Positions 14,585 through 28,328 of a stretch of DNA of 64,000 nt are shown in pieces. This stretch comes from the human T2T-CHM13v2.0 reference genome, Homo sapiens: NCBI RefSeq assembly GCF_009914755.1, contig NC_060937.1. One strand, 5' to 3'. Position numbers and translations under genes: made by a program. Each line of letters begins with the position of its first letter. Position 1 is the stretch's first letter. The notes under the pieces are model-generated. The model made no database searches. It was not told the DNA's origin and saw nothing but the letters and a program-made list of their open reading frames with translations.

Positions 14585-14925
14585 GAGCAGGGTTCTTCAC
14601 CTGGCTGCCCCTTGGTCTCACCTGGGGAATCACGACAACGTTCTGATATTCAAGCTGCACCCTACACCACCTCTGTCAGAATCACGGGCTGTGGAGACCA
14701 GTGTATTTTTTTAAGCTTCCAGATGTTTCCAATGTGCAGCCAAACCTGAGACCCAGGGCTCTACTTTGCTATGTGAACTGTGGTTCTTGGATGAGTGTTA
14801 TCAGTGCCACCTGGGAGCTTGTTAGCACCGCAGACTGTCAGGGGCGCTCCAAACCTGCTGAATTCCAGCCTGCATTTTAACAGGATTCCTCGGGACTGCT
14901 GTGCACGTTAAAGGTTGAGAAGCTT
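14585..14925. mobile_element. Two adjacent MER5-type (hAT-Charlie) MITEs
   Basis: CACCTGGG, TCAGAATC, CTGCATTTTAACAGGATTCC and GTTGAGAAGC motifs, repeated in two units of about 170 bp. Confidence 0.7.
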
Positions 14926-15319
14926 AGGCATGGAGGCATTGCTCTGCCCCTGTGTGGCACTTGGGAGGCCAAATGTGTGGAATCAATTCCCTATGGCCAG
15001 GACAGTCTCAAATAGAGGGGAAGAAAGCCTCTGTATCGTGGGCCCTGGTCGCTGACAACTCTCTTGCTAATTTGTGGGTCCTTAGGCTGAGCACCCACCA
15101 ACTTCTGGGGAAACATGTTTTCTTGGGCCTCACAGGCATGGAGAGCTTTAGGGGAACCCTACACACATATGTATTATTTCTTAAAACTGGTCTACCTGAG
15201 AACACCTCTCTTCTGCCACACTTCCTCTCCTTTCACTTTTGAGCCCCTGCCACCATTCATAAGGCAGCCACCACTCACACCCATCCCACTTCTCCCTATG
15301 GTGCTTTGCTTTGGAGTTT

Positions 15320-16484
15320 GAAATACCTGCTATATTTGCAAAAAGCAACACAGGGAGGATAACCCAAAATGAATGAAATGATTTTCGTGTAAAGGTGGAT
15401 GGGAATGGGGTGAAAGGGATGGGGAATATATCTTGTTTGTAGTTTTGAATTTTGGAATTGCGGTTAATGATTCATATGCTTATGAAAATAAAATGAAATA
15501 ATTAAAGATAGGGAGAAATACTCTAAATTGAATACAGCCAGAAACAAATAAAACTTACTGTATTTCAGGTGAATAACATAACCACAGTGATGGAAAACAA
15601 CTAATCTAAGCAACTTCTGAACACAGTAGTTTACTATATATCTTCAGTTTGATGGGAAAAAAAAAAGAAAACTGCAAGCAAACCTTGAAATCTCAGCAGG
15701 TTTATGTTTTGCCATACAGTGTAGTGATTCTGAAACTCTTGGCTATGTTGTAGAATTGAGAAAAATGAGCAACCATATTGATGGTATTAGAAGCCAGCAT
15801 TCTCAGTGTTGAAGAGAGAGAACTACAGGATGGGAAAAGGCAAGGAAGGATCCATGGGTATCATTAAGAACTTTTGGAATAAGAGTCAGAAGTGGCATTT
15901 CCCAATGGAAGGGCCTAGAAACACTGGCAGCCCGGCAATGAGCACATTTTGCATGCAGATCTTGATTTCTAAACACCATTCTATAGTGAAAGGAACTGTG
16001 GCATTTTGGAGAAATGGCTGATTCTAGAGAAAAGACGGGCCAAGTACAAGATAAGCCTGGAATGTCTTGGTCTGTAAAGTAGGAAATGCTCAAAAAATGA
16101 AAGGGATGTGTCAGAATGGCATAGAAGTCAGCTTGGAGACGTTTTCTACTGGCCAAAGCTGGGGCAATTAAGCACATAAAAATGAATGCTAACAGTAATA
16201 GAGTATAAACCATTAAACAAAATAAGAATTAATGATCCACCTTAAAAAGAAAGAGAGGAAAGAAGGAAGGAAGGGAGGGAGGGAGAGAAGAAGGAAGGTA
16301 AAGGAGGAGGGAAAGAGGGAACATTACTTAAAGTAGAATGCCAATTAATAAATTTGGAAGGACTGACGGAGTTAGAAAATCAACATTTTGCAAACACCAC
16401 GTTAATATTTAACTTGAGCAAGAATCATCAATACATACTAAAACTATTCTGCAAAGAGTAATGAGAAGCAACATATTTACATGG
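15320..16484 (+). mobile_element. Old L1M (L1MC-like) 3' region, part 1
   Basis: A-rich, with L1MC-type 3' motifs (CAGATCTTGATTTCTAAACACCATTC; GCTGATTCTAGAG); contains a (GGAA)-rich tract at about 16245-16320. Confidence 0.65.
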
Positions 16485-17340
16485 TGTTAACTTAAAATCA
16501 CACACTTTATAAATTTAGAAAGGAGAGCCGTATTTCTTAAGAAGGGAATTACAACCTGCAAGCAGGAAGTGCAGTCTCAGGCTAAAAGAATGAAAGCAAG
16601 CACTTCTAGGGAGGGAGGGGTGGGGTAGGCTGGCCGAGTATACATATTCAACAAGATATAGAGGGGGTTATGAATATTCATGAAGGGGAGTTCTGTGCAT
16701 GTATGATAAGCAAACATATATGTTCCATGTATGACATGTTCACCTGTATGTCAAAATTTGAGGCAGGGACTTAACGGCACTGAGTATGCAGCCTCTGTAA
16801 ACCAGCCAGAACCAGGCCATGGTCAGTGATCTCTGATCAGGAGAAAGTTACTGAAATCAGTCTCTTGTCTGATCAAAGCTGTAGCTATAGCTGGTGGAGT
16901 TGGGAGTCAGTCAGTCAGAGTCTGGTGGTGGGTGGGCTGCAGCTGCTTCAGCATTGCTTAACTCAAGGCCAGTGCTTGATTATCTGCTAGAGAAAAAGGA
17001 ATTAAAAAAAATACCTTGTGGCGAGTAGAACATAGACTTACTCTTTAAGTGTAGGGGTGGGTGACTTAACCTTTGCCAGGCATGGCCTGAGGTCTAGTTT
17101 ATAATTCGATATCTTATTGTTACAAAGAGTTCATTCAATCAGTTTTACTATCTCTATTTTAACGTTAATGCTGGTCAGTTGTGTCTGAACTGAAAAAAGA
17201 AGGGGGTGTAATGAGGCGTCTCCAATCTCCCACCTGATCATGGCTGGGAACTCAGTTTTTGAGGTTTCTCTGGGGTTCCATTGGCCAAAAAGGGGTCCGT
17301 TCAGTCAGTTGGGGGGTTTAGGATGTTATTTGTAGTTTAC
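16485..17340 (-). mobile_element. ERV1 MER4-group LTR (LTR48-like)
   Basis: Reverse strand reads GTAAACTACAAATAACATCCTAAACCCCCCAACTGACTGAACGGACCCC. The terminus is split by LTR5; outer TSD ATGG/ATAG. Confidence 0.7.
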
Positions 17341-18321
17341 TGAAGGGGGCCTGCCCCTCCACACCTGTGGGTATTTCTCGCAAGGTGGAGACGAGGGACC
17401 GAAAAAAGAAATAAGACACAGAGACAAAGTACAGAGGAAGAAAAGTGGGGACTGGCGCTCAGCAAGTGAGGACCTGCACCAGCACTGGTCTCTGAGTTCC
17501 TCAGTATTTATTGATCACTATCTCTACTATCTTGATGAGGGGATGTGGCAGGACTGTAGGGTAATGGTGGGGAGAGGGTCAGCAGGACGACATGTGAGCA
17601 AAGGAGTCTGTGTCATAAATAAGTTTAAGGAACGGTGCTGTGCCTGGATGTGCACATAGGCCAGATTTATGTTTGACTTTACACAAACATTTCAGTGCAG
17701 TAAAGAGCAGTATTGCTGCCAGCATGTCTCACCTCCAGCCACAAGGCAGTTTTCTCCTATCTCAGTAAATAGAATGTATGATCGGGTTTTACACCAAGAC
17801 ATTCCATTCCCAGGGATGAGCAGGAGACAGATGCCTTCCTCTTATCTCAACTGCAAAGAGGCCTTCCTCTTTCACTAATCCTTCTCAGCACAGACCCTTT
17901 ATGGGTGTTGGGCTGTGGGATGGTAAGATCTTTCCCTTCCCACAAGGCCATATCTCAGGCTGTCTCAGTTGGGGGAAAACTTGGACAATACCCAGGCTTT
18001 CTTGGGCACAGGTCCCTGCGACCTTCCACAGTACACTGTGTCCCTGGGTAGTCAAGAAAGGAGAATGGCGATGACTTTTACCAAGCATACTGCCTACAAA
18101 CACATGTTTACAAAGGCACATCCTGCACAGCCCTAAATCCATTAAACCTGAGTCAATACAGCACCTGTTTCTGCGAGCACAGAGTTGGGGCTAGGGTCAC
18201 AGATTAACAGCATCTCAAGGCAGAAGAATTTCTCTTAGTACAGATCAAAATGTAGTTTCTTATGCCTTCCTTTTTCTACGTAGACTCAGTAACAGTCTGA
18301 TCTCTTTTTCTTTCCCCCACA
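17341..18321 (-). mobile_element. HERV-K(HML-2) solo LTR, older LTR5A/B type
   Basis: Reverse strand starts TGTGGGGGAAAGAAAAAGAGATCAGACTGTTACTG and ends GGGGCAGGCCCCCTTCA; about 980 bp; 6-bp TSD GTTTAC/GTTTGC. Confidence 0.92.
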
Positions 18322-18332
18322 GTTTGCAATAG

Positions 18333-18905
18333 TTTCAAAGTAACCCCTTCCACAGACACAAATTGTTCATTAGTTATAAATAGAACAACAGTAACTTTAC
18401 AGTGGAAAAAGCTGGCGGACATCATTTTAGCCACATAATCAAAGTTAACGTCAACAGTAAGGAGAAAATCAACACCACGTGTCTTCTGACAACAACGCGC
18501 TGATGGGAGCCCAACATCATTTACACCATAAATCAAATGTTTATCCGTTGGCGATTCCAGCCAAAAATAGATAACCTGATCCAATCATGAGGGAACTTCA
18601 GACAAACCCAAACTGAAGGACATTCTACAGAATAACTGGTCTGTACTCATAACAAAGAATCAATGTCATGAGGGACCATGAAAGGCTGAGGATGTCCCAC
18701 AGGTTGAAAGTGACGAAAACAAACAAAAAACAACCAGCAACCAACTACGACGCACAACCTTGGATTGGAGCCTTCTCAAAATTGCTGAAAATAACAGTGG
18801 AACAAGTGGTGAAATTTGAATATGGGCTATATGTTAGGTATTCATTTTATGTCAATGTTAAATTTTCCGACATTGATATTTGTACCAGGAAATGTAAAAG
18901 AAGGC
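18333..18905 (+). mobile_element. Old L1M (L1MC-like) 3' region, part 2
   Basis: CAGTAACTTTACAGTGGAAAAAGCTGGC and CAGACAAACCCAAACTGAAGGACATTCTACA motifs continue the element interrupted at 16484. Confidence 0.7.
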
Positions 18906-19194
18906 CCAAATTTAGCGATAAATTATGCCTGCCACTCACTCTCTCCAATGATTCAGAAGATAGTACGGATGATGAACAGATGACAGAGACATGGTAGGTA
19001 GATCAATGGATGGATAGATAGAAAATATGAAATAAGAAACTCCTGGACACGAACCGTACAGACCAAGTTCATCACTCCTGTGAGGGAGAACCTTGAATTC
19101 CCATAAGAAAAACTGAATGTGCAGGAAGCGTATCTCATTCAGTTCACAAACCATGATGGGTTCTGTGTTCACCCTGGCTAACTATCTACTTCTA

Positions 19195-19400
19195 CCTCTC
19201 CTCTCCTCCTCTCCTCTCCTCTCCTCTCCTCTCCTCTCCTCTCCTCTCCTCTCCTCTCCTCTCTCCTCCCCTCCCCTCTCCCCTCCCCTCTCCCCTCCCC
19301 TCCCCTCTCCTCCCCTCCCCTTTCCTCTCTTCCCCTCCCTTCCCCACCCCTCCCCTTTCTTTCCCTCCCCGCCCCTCCCCTTTCCTCCCCTCCCCTCCCC
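19195..19400. repeat. Polypyrimidine (CTCCT)n/(CCCCT)n tract
   Basis: About 200 nt of almost pure C/T. Confidence 0.95.
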
Positions 19401-19944
19401 TATCTTGAAATTGGAATTCAGAAGTAAAAAGGTTGCCACAGAAATATATAATAGTAATGTGTTTATTTGAATTAGAAAAACAAGGTTAGAAAAACACTAA
19501 TTAGTGTCTGGGTTTTGGCATCCTGACTTGACAGTGGGGGCTGGCCTTGCCAATTAGGTCATATGGCAGATATTTTGCATGAACTAAGTGAGTCAAGTCT
19601 GAATTCCAAGATTTTGACAAAAATACAATTTAAAGCATGTATAGAATGCATGATAACCAAAAAAATAAATTCATTGGATTATGTAAATATATATATAACT
19701 TAAAATTGTGTACAGAGAACTATTTTTCAAAATTATTTCAAAGATAATGAGCAAAATGGCTGGCACACAGGTTGAAGAAGGATAAGGGAATGAATATCAT
19801 TTCTTCTTTACTTTTTACTTTTGGTATAATTTCAGACTTAGAGAATAATTGCAGCTGTGTATTTCTTCCCCTACTCTTCACCCAGACTCCATCCAAGTTG
19901 AGATGGTGCCATATTCTATCTCTTCCACCCTCTCTTTCCAGCAC

Positions 19945-21455
19945 ATGATTTTGTCCATCTTCTTGAATATAGTCATCTCAGTGGGTGTGACATTGTCTCT
20001 CATGGGGGTTTTGATTTGCACTTCCCTCATGGCTAATGATGTAGCTCATCTTTCTTGTGTTTGCTGACAATTTGTATATAGTGTGTGTACAAACAAAAAA
20101 TTTGGATTGAAATCCTTTGCCCAATTTTTAATTCTGCTATTTATCATTTTATTGTTGAGTTGTAGGAATTCATTATAAATTCTGCACACTAGACCATTGT
20201 CAGACATCTGTTTTTTGAATATTTTCTCCCCTTCTGTGGGTTATGTTTTCACTTTCCTGCCAATATACTTTGAAGCACAAGAATTTTTAATTTTGATGAA
20301 GTCCAACATGTCTATTTTTTAGTTGCTGTCGGTTATGAGTGCTTGTGGTGTCACAATGAAGAAACCATTGGCTAACTCAAGATTGCAAAGATTTACACCT
20401 ATGTCTTTTTTCTAAGAATTTACAGATTAGCCCTTTAATCTATTTTGAGTTAATTTCATGTGGGGTGAGTAGGGGTCATGTTCTTTATTTTGCATATAAA
20501 TATCCAGTTGTCTCAGCACCATTTGTTGAAAGGACGATTATTTCCTCCATTGAATTATCTTGAAATCCTGGTCAAAAATCAATTCCCCATAAGTGTATTG
20601 GTTTATTTCTGGACTCTCCGTCCGTTTCCATTGATCTGTATTTCAATCCCTAGGCCAGCACAACACAGTCTTGGAAAAGGTAGCTTTGTGGTAAATTTTA
20701 AAATCAGAAAGTGTGTGTTCAACTGTTCTTCTAGTTCAAATAATTGTGACTATTCTGGGTTCCTTGCATTTCCACATGAATTTTAGGTTCAGCTTATCAA
20801 TTTCTGCAATAAAAGGCAGTTGGGTTCTGGTAGAGAATGTGCTGCACCTGTAGATTAACTTGGGTGAGATTGCCTGTTCTCAGTACGAAGCTGTCCACTC
20901 CGTGTGTTTGGGATGTCCTTCCATTTATATTTAGGCCTTTAATTTCTTTCAATGATGCTTTATAGTTTTCAGTGTAGGAGTCTTGCACCTCTGTGGTTAA
21001 ATTTATTCCTAAACAATTTATGCTTTTTGATAATATTGTGAATGGAATTGGTTTCTTAATTTCATTTTCTAGTGTATAAAATAAAATTGATTTTTTTCTT
21101 GATCTTGTATTCTGCAATCTCTCCAAACTTGTTTATTACTTCTCATAAGATATTTGAAGATTCGTTAGGATTTTTATATACAAAATCTTGTCATCTGCAT
21201 ACAGAGATAGCTTTTCTCTTTCCTTCCAATTTCATCACTGCTTATTTCTTTTTCTTGCCTAATTGCCTTAGCTAGAAACTTCAGCAAATTGCTGATTAGA
21301 AGTGGCAAAAGTGAACATCCTTTTCTTGTTCCTGATCTTAGGGGAAAACTTTTCAGTCTTTCACCACTAAGTACAATGTTAGCTGTGGGTTTTGTTTTTT
21401 TTTTTTTGTTTTTTGTTTTTTTTGCTGATCCCTTTCAGGTTGAAGAATTTCCCTT
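19945..21455 (-). mobile_element. L1M (L1MB-like) ORF2 3' fragment
   Basis: T-rich antisense L1; the minus-strand ORF ...KKPIPFTILSKSINCLGINLTTEVQDSYTENYK resembles L1 ORF2. Confidence 0.85.
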
Positions 21456-21457
21456 CT

Positions 21458-22325
21458 GAATCAGTTTTCTAGGGTTGTCATAACAACGTGTCACTAAATG
21501 GGTAACTTAAAACAACTGATACTCATTCTCTCATAGTTCTGGAGGCTCGAAGTTCACAATCAAGGTGTCTGCAGGGCCATCTTCCCTCTGCAGCTTCTAG
21601 GGGAGGATCCTTCCTGTCTCTTCCAGCTTCTGGTAGCCCCAGGCACCCCTTGGCTTGTGGCAGCATCCCCACAGTCTCTGCCTCTGTCTTCTTGTGACCA
21701 TCTTCCCTGTGTGTCTCTGTGTTCACATGGCATTCTCCTCTTTTTACAAGGACATCAGTCCTATCGGGCTAGGGGCCCACCCTATACTAGTATGACTCCA
21801 TCTTAACTAATTATGTCTGCAATGACCCTACTTCAAGTTAGGTCACATTCTGAAGTATTCAGAGTTAGGACTCCAGCATGTCTTTTTGGGAGACACAATT
21901 CTACCTATAACACGTCACCCTCTGCCTCCCCCATATTCATCTCTTTCCCACAAGCAAAATACATTCCCCATCTCAACATTGACTAAAGTTTTAACCATTC
22001 CCACAGCAACTCTAAGGCCAAAATCTCGTCTAAGCAGCACAACTCAAAGTCTCAAGTCCCATTATCTAAATCACATAATCAGAGACTTGGGGCATGGTTT
22101 ATCCTGGGGCAAAATTCCTCTCCACCTGTGAATCTGTGAAACCACATAAGCTATCTGCTTCCAAATGACAATAGCATGACTGGCATATGATTCACAGTCC
22201 CATTCCAAAAGGGAGAAACTCGAAGGAAAAGAAGGATCATAGGTCCCAAGCAAGTCCAAAATCTAGCAGGAAAATTGTATTTGATTTCAATAATTCTCTG
22301 TGGCTCGATGCTCTGTCTGAGCTTT
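21458..22325 (-). mobile_element. MLT1 LTR (to about 21913) plus adjoining MLT1 internal sequence
   Basis: CTTAAAACAAC...CATAGTTCTGGAGGC...GGTCACATTCTGAAGTA LTR motifs, followed by MaLR-int-like CCCACAAGCAAAATACATTCCCC. Confidence 0.75.
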
Positions 22326-22329
22326 GCAA

Positions 22330-23105
22330 AGCACCTTTGGACATCTAATTCGTCAGCTTCTCCTCTTACACTTGTTGGTGAGCTTACTGTCTGCCCAGCT
22401 GGCTGACAGCTGCAAAGTTAAACAATTATCTCTAATTCTTTCAGCAAACTCTGAAACTGGTCAAATAAAGACCACGCTGCAAGTGAGGACTTCCAGGCAG
22501 CCACTCAACAGGTCAGATAATGACAATTTTGTGGAAATGAGGCTTTGGATGAGCACCGATCCCATCCTGTCCCTTTGCTGATGGCCAGGCTGATGGGGGC
22601 CTCTGGGTTCCAATGCTGCAGCAGAACTGGGGAGTGGGAGATGGGAACAGGAAATGCTAGAACACACCAAGATCACTGCTCTTCCTGAAACTCAGCAGTT
22701 CTTCTTGATACCCCCCTCAATTGCTGCAATCATTTAGTTAACTTCCAGAGTTCTGAAAAAGTTGATTCTAACCATTTTTGCCAGTTATTTATTTTTATGA
22801 AAGAGAATTTTCGGATGTTCTTACTCCACCATGTTCGCTGATGTCATCCCTCACCTTTATTCATTTTAAAAGTTATTCATTTTAAAAGTTATTTAAAAGT
22901 TATGGTAAAAAATACAAAACATGAAATTTACCATTTGAACTATTTTTCAGTGTAAAGTTCTGTGGCATTAAGGACATTACATTGTTGTGCAACCTTCACC
23001 ACCATCCTTCTCCAGAACTGTTTCATCTTCCCCAACTGAAATCTGTCCCCATTAGACTCTCACCCTCAAACTCCTCCCCAGCCGTTGTGACCTATACTAC
23101 TTTAT
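22330..23105 (-). mobile_element. Old L1 fragments
   Basis: GTTAACTTCCAGAGTTCTGAAAAAGTTGATT and AAATTTACCATTTGAACTATTTTTCAGTGTA...CCAGAACTGTTTCATC motifs. Confidence 0.6.
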
Positions 23106-23799
23106 GTCTCCACATCCCAGTGGTCAGCTCTGGAGATTATCTGAAAGGTGCTGAGAGAGCTAATGTGGACCATATGGGACCCAGAACTTTTCACAAAGGG
23201 CCTGTGGGACACAGATGTCCCTGTTGGCTTCTCTTGGATGCACCTTGGTGGACACATCCAACAGGCATGGTAGGGTGGGGTGGGAGCTGGGCCCAGTGTC
23301 ATGAGCAAGGTGCATGTGGGCCTGCCAGTTCCACTGTCCAGGCTCCACATCAGGGAAGCCGTGAGGGCTCACGGCTTCCTCTACTAGGTGATTAGTAAAT
23401 ATATTTCCCAGACACCGTTTATGCCTTTACTGAAGAAACAGTATCTCTTCCACAAGCAGCATTCCATCCTCTCCTGAGGAAAGAGTGGGCCCCAATGTGT
23501 CGCACTGGGCTCTTTGCTGATGTGTCTGGAGACCTGGCCACATCACAGAAGAGTGACATCAGCTTTGTTCTGCTATCACATTTTCATGGATTATAACACA
23601 TATCCAGTAAAATGCACAAATCACTAGTGTATGGCTTGAAGAATGACTGCAAAGGGAACAAACTTGGAAAACCGTTATCCTGGTCCAGAAATCAACATCA
23701 GCCCAGAAGCACTCTGTGCTCTCCCAGCACTAACCAACCTACCTCTCCGAGGGGCGACTGTTATCTCGACTTCTAACACTACAGTTTAGTTTTGCCTGG

Positions 23800-24178
23800 T
23801 GATATGGTTTGGTTGTGTCCCCACCCAAATCTCACCTTGAATTGTAGTTCCCATAATTCCCACATGTTGTGGGAGGGACCCAGTGAGAGGTAATTGAATC
23901 ATGGGGGCGGTTACCCCCCATGCTGCTGTTCCCATTAGAGTGAGTGAGTTCTTATGAGATCTAACGGTTTTATAAGGGGCTTTTCCCCCTTTTACTTAGC
24001 ACTTCTCCTTCCTATTGCCATGTGAAGGACGTGTTTGCTTCGCTTTCTACCATGATTGTAAGTTTCCTGAGGCCTCCTCCCCAGCCATGCTGAACTGTGA
24101 GTCGATTAAACCTCTTTCCTTTACAAATTGCCCAGCCTCGGGCAGTCCTTTATTGTGGCAGGAGAACAGACTAATACA
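23800..24178 (+). mobile_element. THE1 (THE1D-like) solo LTR inside old L1ME sequence
   Basis: TGATATGGTTTGG...GAACAGACTAATACA; perfect TSD CCTGG. Confidence 0.92.
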
Positions 24179-24184
24179 CCTGGT

Positions 24185-26420
24185 TTTGAACTTTATATGA
24201 ATAGATTTTTTGTATCTGCCTTTTTTCAGTTAGTATGTCAGTGCAGTTCCCCTATATTCTCGCATGTTGCTATAGCTCATGTGTTTTCATTGCTGTATAG
24301 TCTTCCATTGTACCACTATACCACAGTTATTTACTCATTCTATTAGTGATGGAGACTCATATTGTTTTCAGTGTTTCCATATTATGAATAATGCTGCTGT
24401 GAACAAATAACTCACAAAGAGTTCATATCTAGAATAGCTAAAGAACTCCCGTAAATCAACAAAAACAGGACAGAAAACTCAATAGAAAAGTAGGCATGAG
24501 ACTTGAGCACTCACTTACCAATAATGACATCCAAATGGCCGATAAATCTGTGAGAAAACAAGCCTTCACTTCAGTAGTAGTCGGGGAAATGAGTAGCCCG
24601 AGAGGCATCCTCAAAGCCACCGGAAGGACGGAAATGGAAAAGATGGGCAAGTATGTGGGGTGGAAGGAATTCTCATACCTGCTGATGATACTATGTTGGT
24701 CCTTGTCACACTTCATGACATGCATTCTAAGGTTGAACTGGTAGATGCTCTACGACACAGCAATGGCCCTCAGAAGATTATACCTGGTAGACATGTGTGC
24801 ATATGGCTCCAGGGCATAGAGAAGGTTTCCATCTGCTCTCAGGAGCTGCTCTATTTCCTAGGAGATGGTATTGGTTCTGATTAAATTTTTTATTGAGTTT
24901 CCCTTCACAGATAAAGAAGGAACATTGATGGTTTAAGGCAATGCCCCTCAACCCATCACAGATCAACTAAATCAAACCTGTAGGGGTGGAGCCTTTTTTG
25001 GTGGAGGGTGGGGGTTGCTGTGATCTTAATGGTCCACCAGGGTTGAGAACCTCTTGTTGCTTGAAGGAACAAATCCAAGGTGACAGAACAAGTGATTTGT
25101 ATTGAGGGAACTCCAGGAGAAAAAGGAGGTGAGAAGTAAAAATGTAAATATATAGTATAGACTTTTAAGGACATAAGAGGGCTCAGAGAATTTCTAGAAT
25201 TTAATACACAGATAGAAGAAGTAAACATTAAAATGGCCACTTTCAAAAGCAAATTGAGTGATCTAGAAAATTAAATGGAGGAATCATCTCACAATACAGA
25301 TAAAAAATATAGGTGAGTGGGAATTATAAGTAAGACTAGAACAAGAGACCTAGTGCCTGAGTAACAGGGATTCTAGAAGGATGGAACAGAACAGATGCAG
25401 GAGAGAAAGAGGCACGGAAATGGAGAGAAAAAATCTTCCTGAAACAGAACAAAGGTGAATTTCAGAACAATCTTACTGATTGGTAGGAAGCCCCTAAAAA
25501 GTCACTCGTCAAGACACATCCTGATGAATGTTTGAACTCCAGGAGAAAACATCACAGGTTCCCAGATAAATTTACGTTATTCACAGCGGAGCGAGAATCA
25601 GGTTGGCACTGACTTTCTTATCTGCAGAAGGCAGTGGATAATACTGACAGATTTTTTAGATGAAAAGCACTGTAATCCTAGAATCAATCCAGTATTATTT
25701 ATATATGAGAGACAAAGAAAGGCATTTCTGAACACTCAAAGAAATTATTCAATAAAGTACTTCAGGAAAATCAAAGACCGAGGATGATGCAATGTGTAGG
25801 AGAGAGTGGGGAATAACAAATCCAGTTAAATATGAGCCTGAACCTAATGGATATTTACTGTGTGATCATGAACTACAACAGAGGTTAACAAAGGATTCCT
25901 AAAATAGAAGAATTGTACGATAAGAAAAATAATAAGGAAAGTGAAATTAAAATTCAAAATTATTTCAAACAAACCTGGGAGTTTGGTGCTGAAGGAACGA
26001 CAAGTCAAAGCTGGCTACGGAGCTTATCTCCAGTGGAAGGCAGGAGGCAGAAGTATTGTTTATTTTGGTGCATTGACATTGAGGTAGAGGTATGATATGA
26101 CTCTCAGAAAGGTAATCACTCTTGGTCCAGAGACATTATATTAATAAAACATCAACTACCAATATCAAAACCTAAATGAAAATTCTTTTGAATAATTTGA
26201 TAAATATCAGGAAAGAGAAAAAAAGACTAAAATTGAAGTATATAATGAGTTGGTAACAGTACATCGGAAGTGAGCAAATTCCTTTATAAGAAGACAAAAA
26301 CTCAGATCATTGAAAGCAAAACACTGAGCTATATTATTTTTATGAGGCAGCCTAAAAATATTATAGAGCTAAAAAGAGGAACATGCACGTGTGAAATAGC
26401 AGAACAGCAGGCAAAGTGGA
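24185..26420. mobile_element. Highly diverged L1ME-type fragments
   Basis: Patchy L1 motifs in both orientations (TATGAATAATGCTGCTGTGAACA; ATATCTAGAATAGCTAAAGAACTCC; AGAATCAGGTTGGCACTGACTTC). Confidence 0.5.
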
Positions 26421-27025
26421 ATTTAAGGCCAAAGGGAAAGTTCCCAGGAAGCAGACAGCATCCTCGAATTCGGATGGTCTGAGGAGGGTTTTCAAGGGTG
26501 GGGCAGTGTTGAGGCTCCCGCAGGTGACATTCTGTAGTGGCAATTGTGGGACTGTCTTCTGCCAAGGCTTGACAGGGTGGGGAAGGGAGTGGCTACCAGG
26601 ACCAGAGGGAAGAGTCGGTGGGAAGGACCCTGAAGCTGTTGGGGAAACATTGGCACCAACCTGAGCTGAGCCCTTGGGAAAGGAGCGGCCTCTCTGCAAT
26701 CTGTGGGCCAAGGCGCAAAGCCCCCCAGGGTGCAGGTCAGCCTATTCAGACAGACAGCAGGGGCAGGGATCCGGAGGGACCAATGTGACATCCACAGGCA
26801 TCACTAGGGAAGGGATGTTTTGCCAAGTTAAAAAGAATAATCAACTAAAAAGGTAAACCACCAAGAACCTTTATGCACCAAACCACATACACAAGGCAAA
26901 AACACCAAAAATGCAAAGAGAACGTGTTAAAATACAATCCCAGTGGGAAGCTTTAATATCCCTCCCTCAGAATTTGACTAATCAGGAAAGAAATGCACAA
27001 ACACTCAGGGTTTAAATAGGATGGT

Positions 27026-27047
27026 ATGTGTGTGTGTGTGTGTGTGC
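27026..27047. repeat. (TG)n microsatellite
   Basis: About 10 TG units. Confidence 0.9.
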
Positions 27048-27177
27048 ACATGCACGCATGTGGGGAGGGGTACTTTCTTTTCTTTTAATAGACATTTTCC
27101 AAAATTTCAAGTTCTTAATATCAAAGACGTTTTTCATAAAAATTAACAGTTCTTCTTAAATTAATATAGAGATATGA

Positions 27178-27441
<264 letters not shown>

Positions 27442-27795
27442 CAGTTCTAGTCAGAAGCTCCAAGGAGAGCTTTTGGGTAACATGATCACTCAGTTCCAAT
27501 GTTCAGCAGGAAAAATAAATGTATAAAATAAATAAATAAGCGTTGTAGACAAAAAAAGAGTAGGAAGCTGGCACAAACATAGTCAAATGCCCAGAGGAAC
27601 AAAGCAGAACCCAGTGGCCTGCCCAAGCACACACAGAATTCAGTACATGGTTAAAGGCGGTGTTTCAAGAGTGTGAAGAAGTCATTCAATAAATGTTTCT
27701 GGGGCAGTGCCTATACATGTAGAAGAAAATAAAAGTGAATGCTTCCTTCATACCACATGCAAAAATAAATTCTAAATGGATTAAGAACTTGATAT

Positions 27796-28092
27796 GGCCA
27801 GGTGCTGTGGCTCATGCCTGTAATCCCAGCCTTTTGGGAGGCTGAGGCGGGTGGATCACGAGGTCAGGAGTTCGAGACCAGCCTGGCCAATATGGTGAAA
27901 CCCCCATCTCTACTAAATACACAAAAATGAGTTGGGTGTGGTGGCGCGCGCCTGTAATCCCAGCTACTCAGGAGGCTGAGACGGGAGAATCACTTGAAAC
28001 CAGAAGGCGGAGGTTGCAGTGAGCCGAGATCATGCCACTGCAATCTAGCTTGGGTGAAAGAGTGAAACTCTGTCTCAAAAAAAAAAAAAAAA
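27796..28092 (+). mobile_element. AluS (Sg/Sc-like)
   Basis: Full Alu with GGATCACGAGGTCAGG, an A-tail, and TSD AACTTGATAT/AACTTGACAT. Confidence 0.92.
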
Positions 28093-28328
28093 ACTTGACA
28101 TAAAACAAAGTCACAAATGAATAAAGAATACGTAGCAGCATATTTTTGAAATTTTGTGGTCAGGAAAGCAATTTTATATAGGAAATTAAATTCAGAAACC
28201 ATAAAGAAGATGGGGACAGATTTGACTACTTGAAGACAAAAATGTACAGGTTAAGGATACTAGAACAAAGTTAAAAGCAAGGGACAGAAAGATGAGAATA
28301 CGTGCCACATATAAGCCATGATTGGAGC

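Noticed and set aside
19117-19470. Pro/Ser/Leu-rich and Gly/Glu/Arg-rich ORFs
   Set aside because: Translations of the (CTCCT)n tract.
20478-21275. ORFs resembling reverse transcriptase protein
   Set aside because: Decayed L1 ORF2 with stops and frameshifts; not an active element.
22857-22902. 16-bp tandem duplication TTATTCATTTTAAAAG (similar small duplications at 36074-36102 and 49058-49095)
   Set aside because: Ordinary slippage duplications with no further signal.
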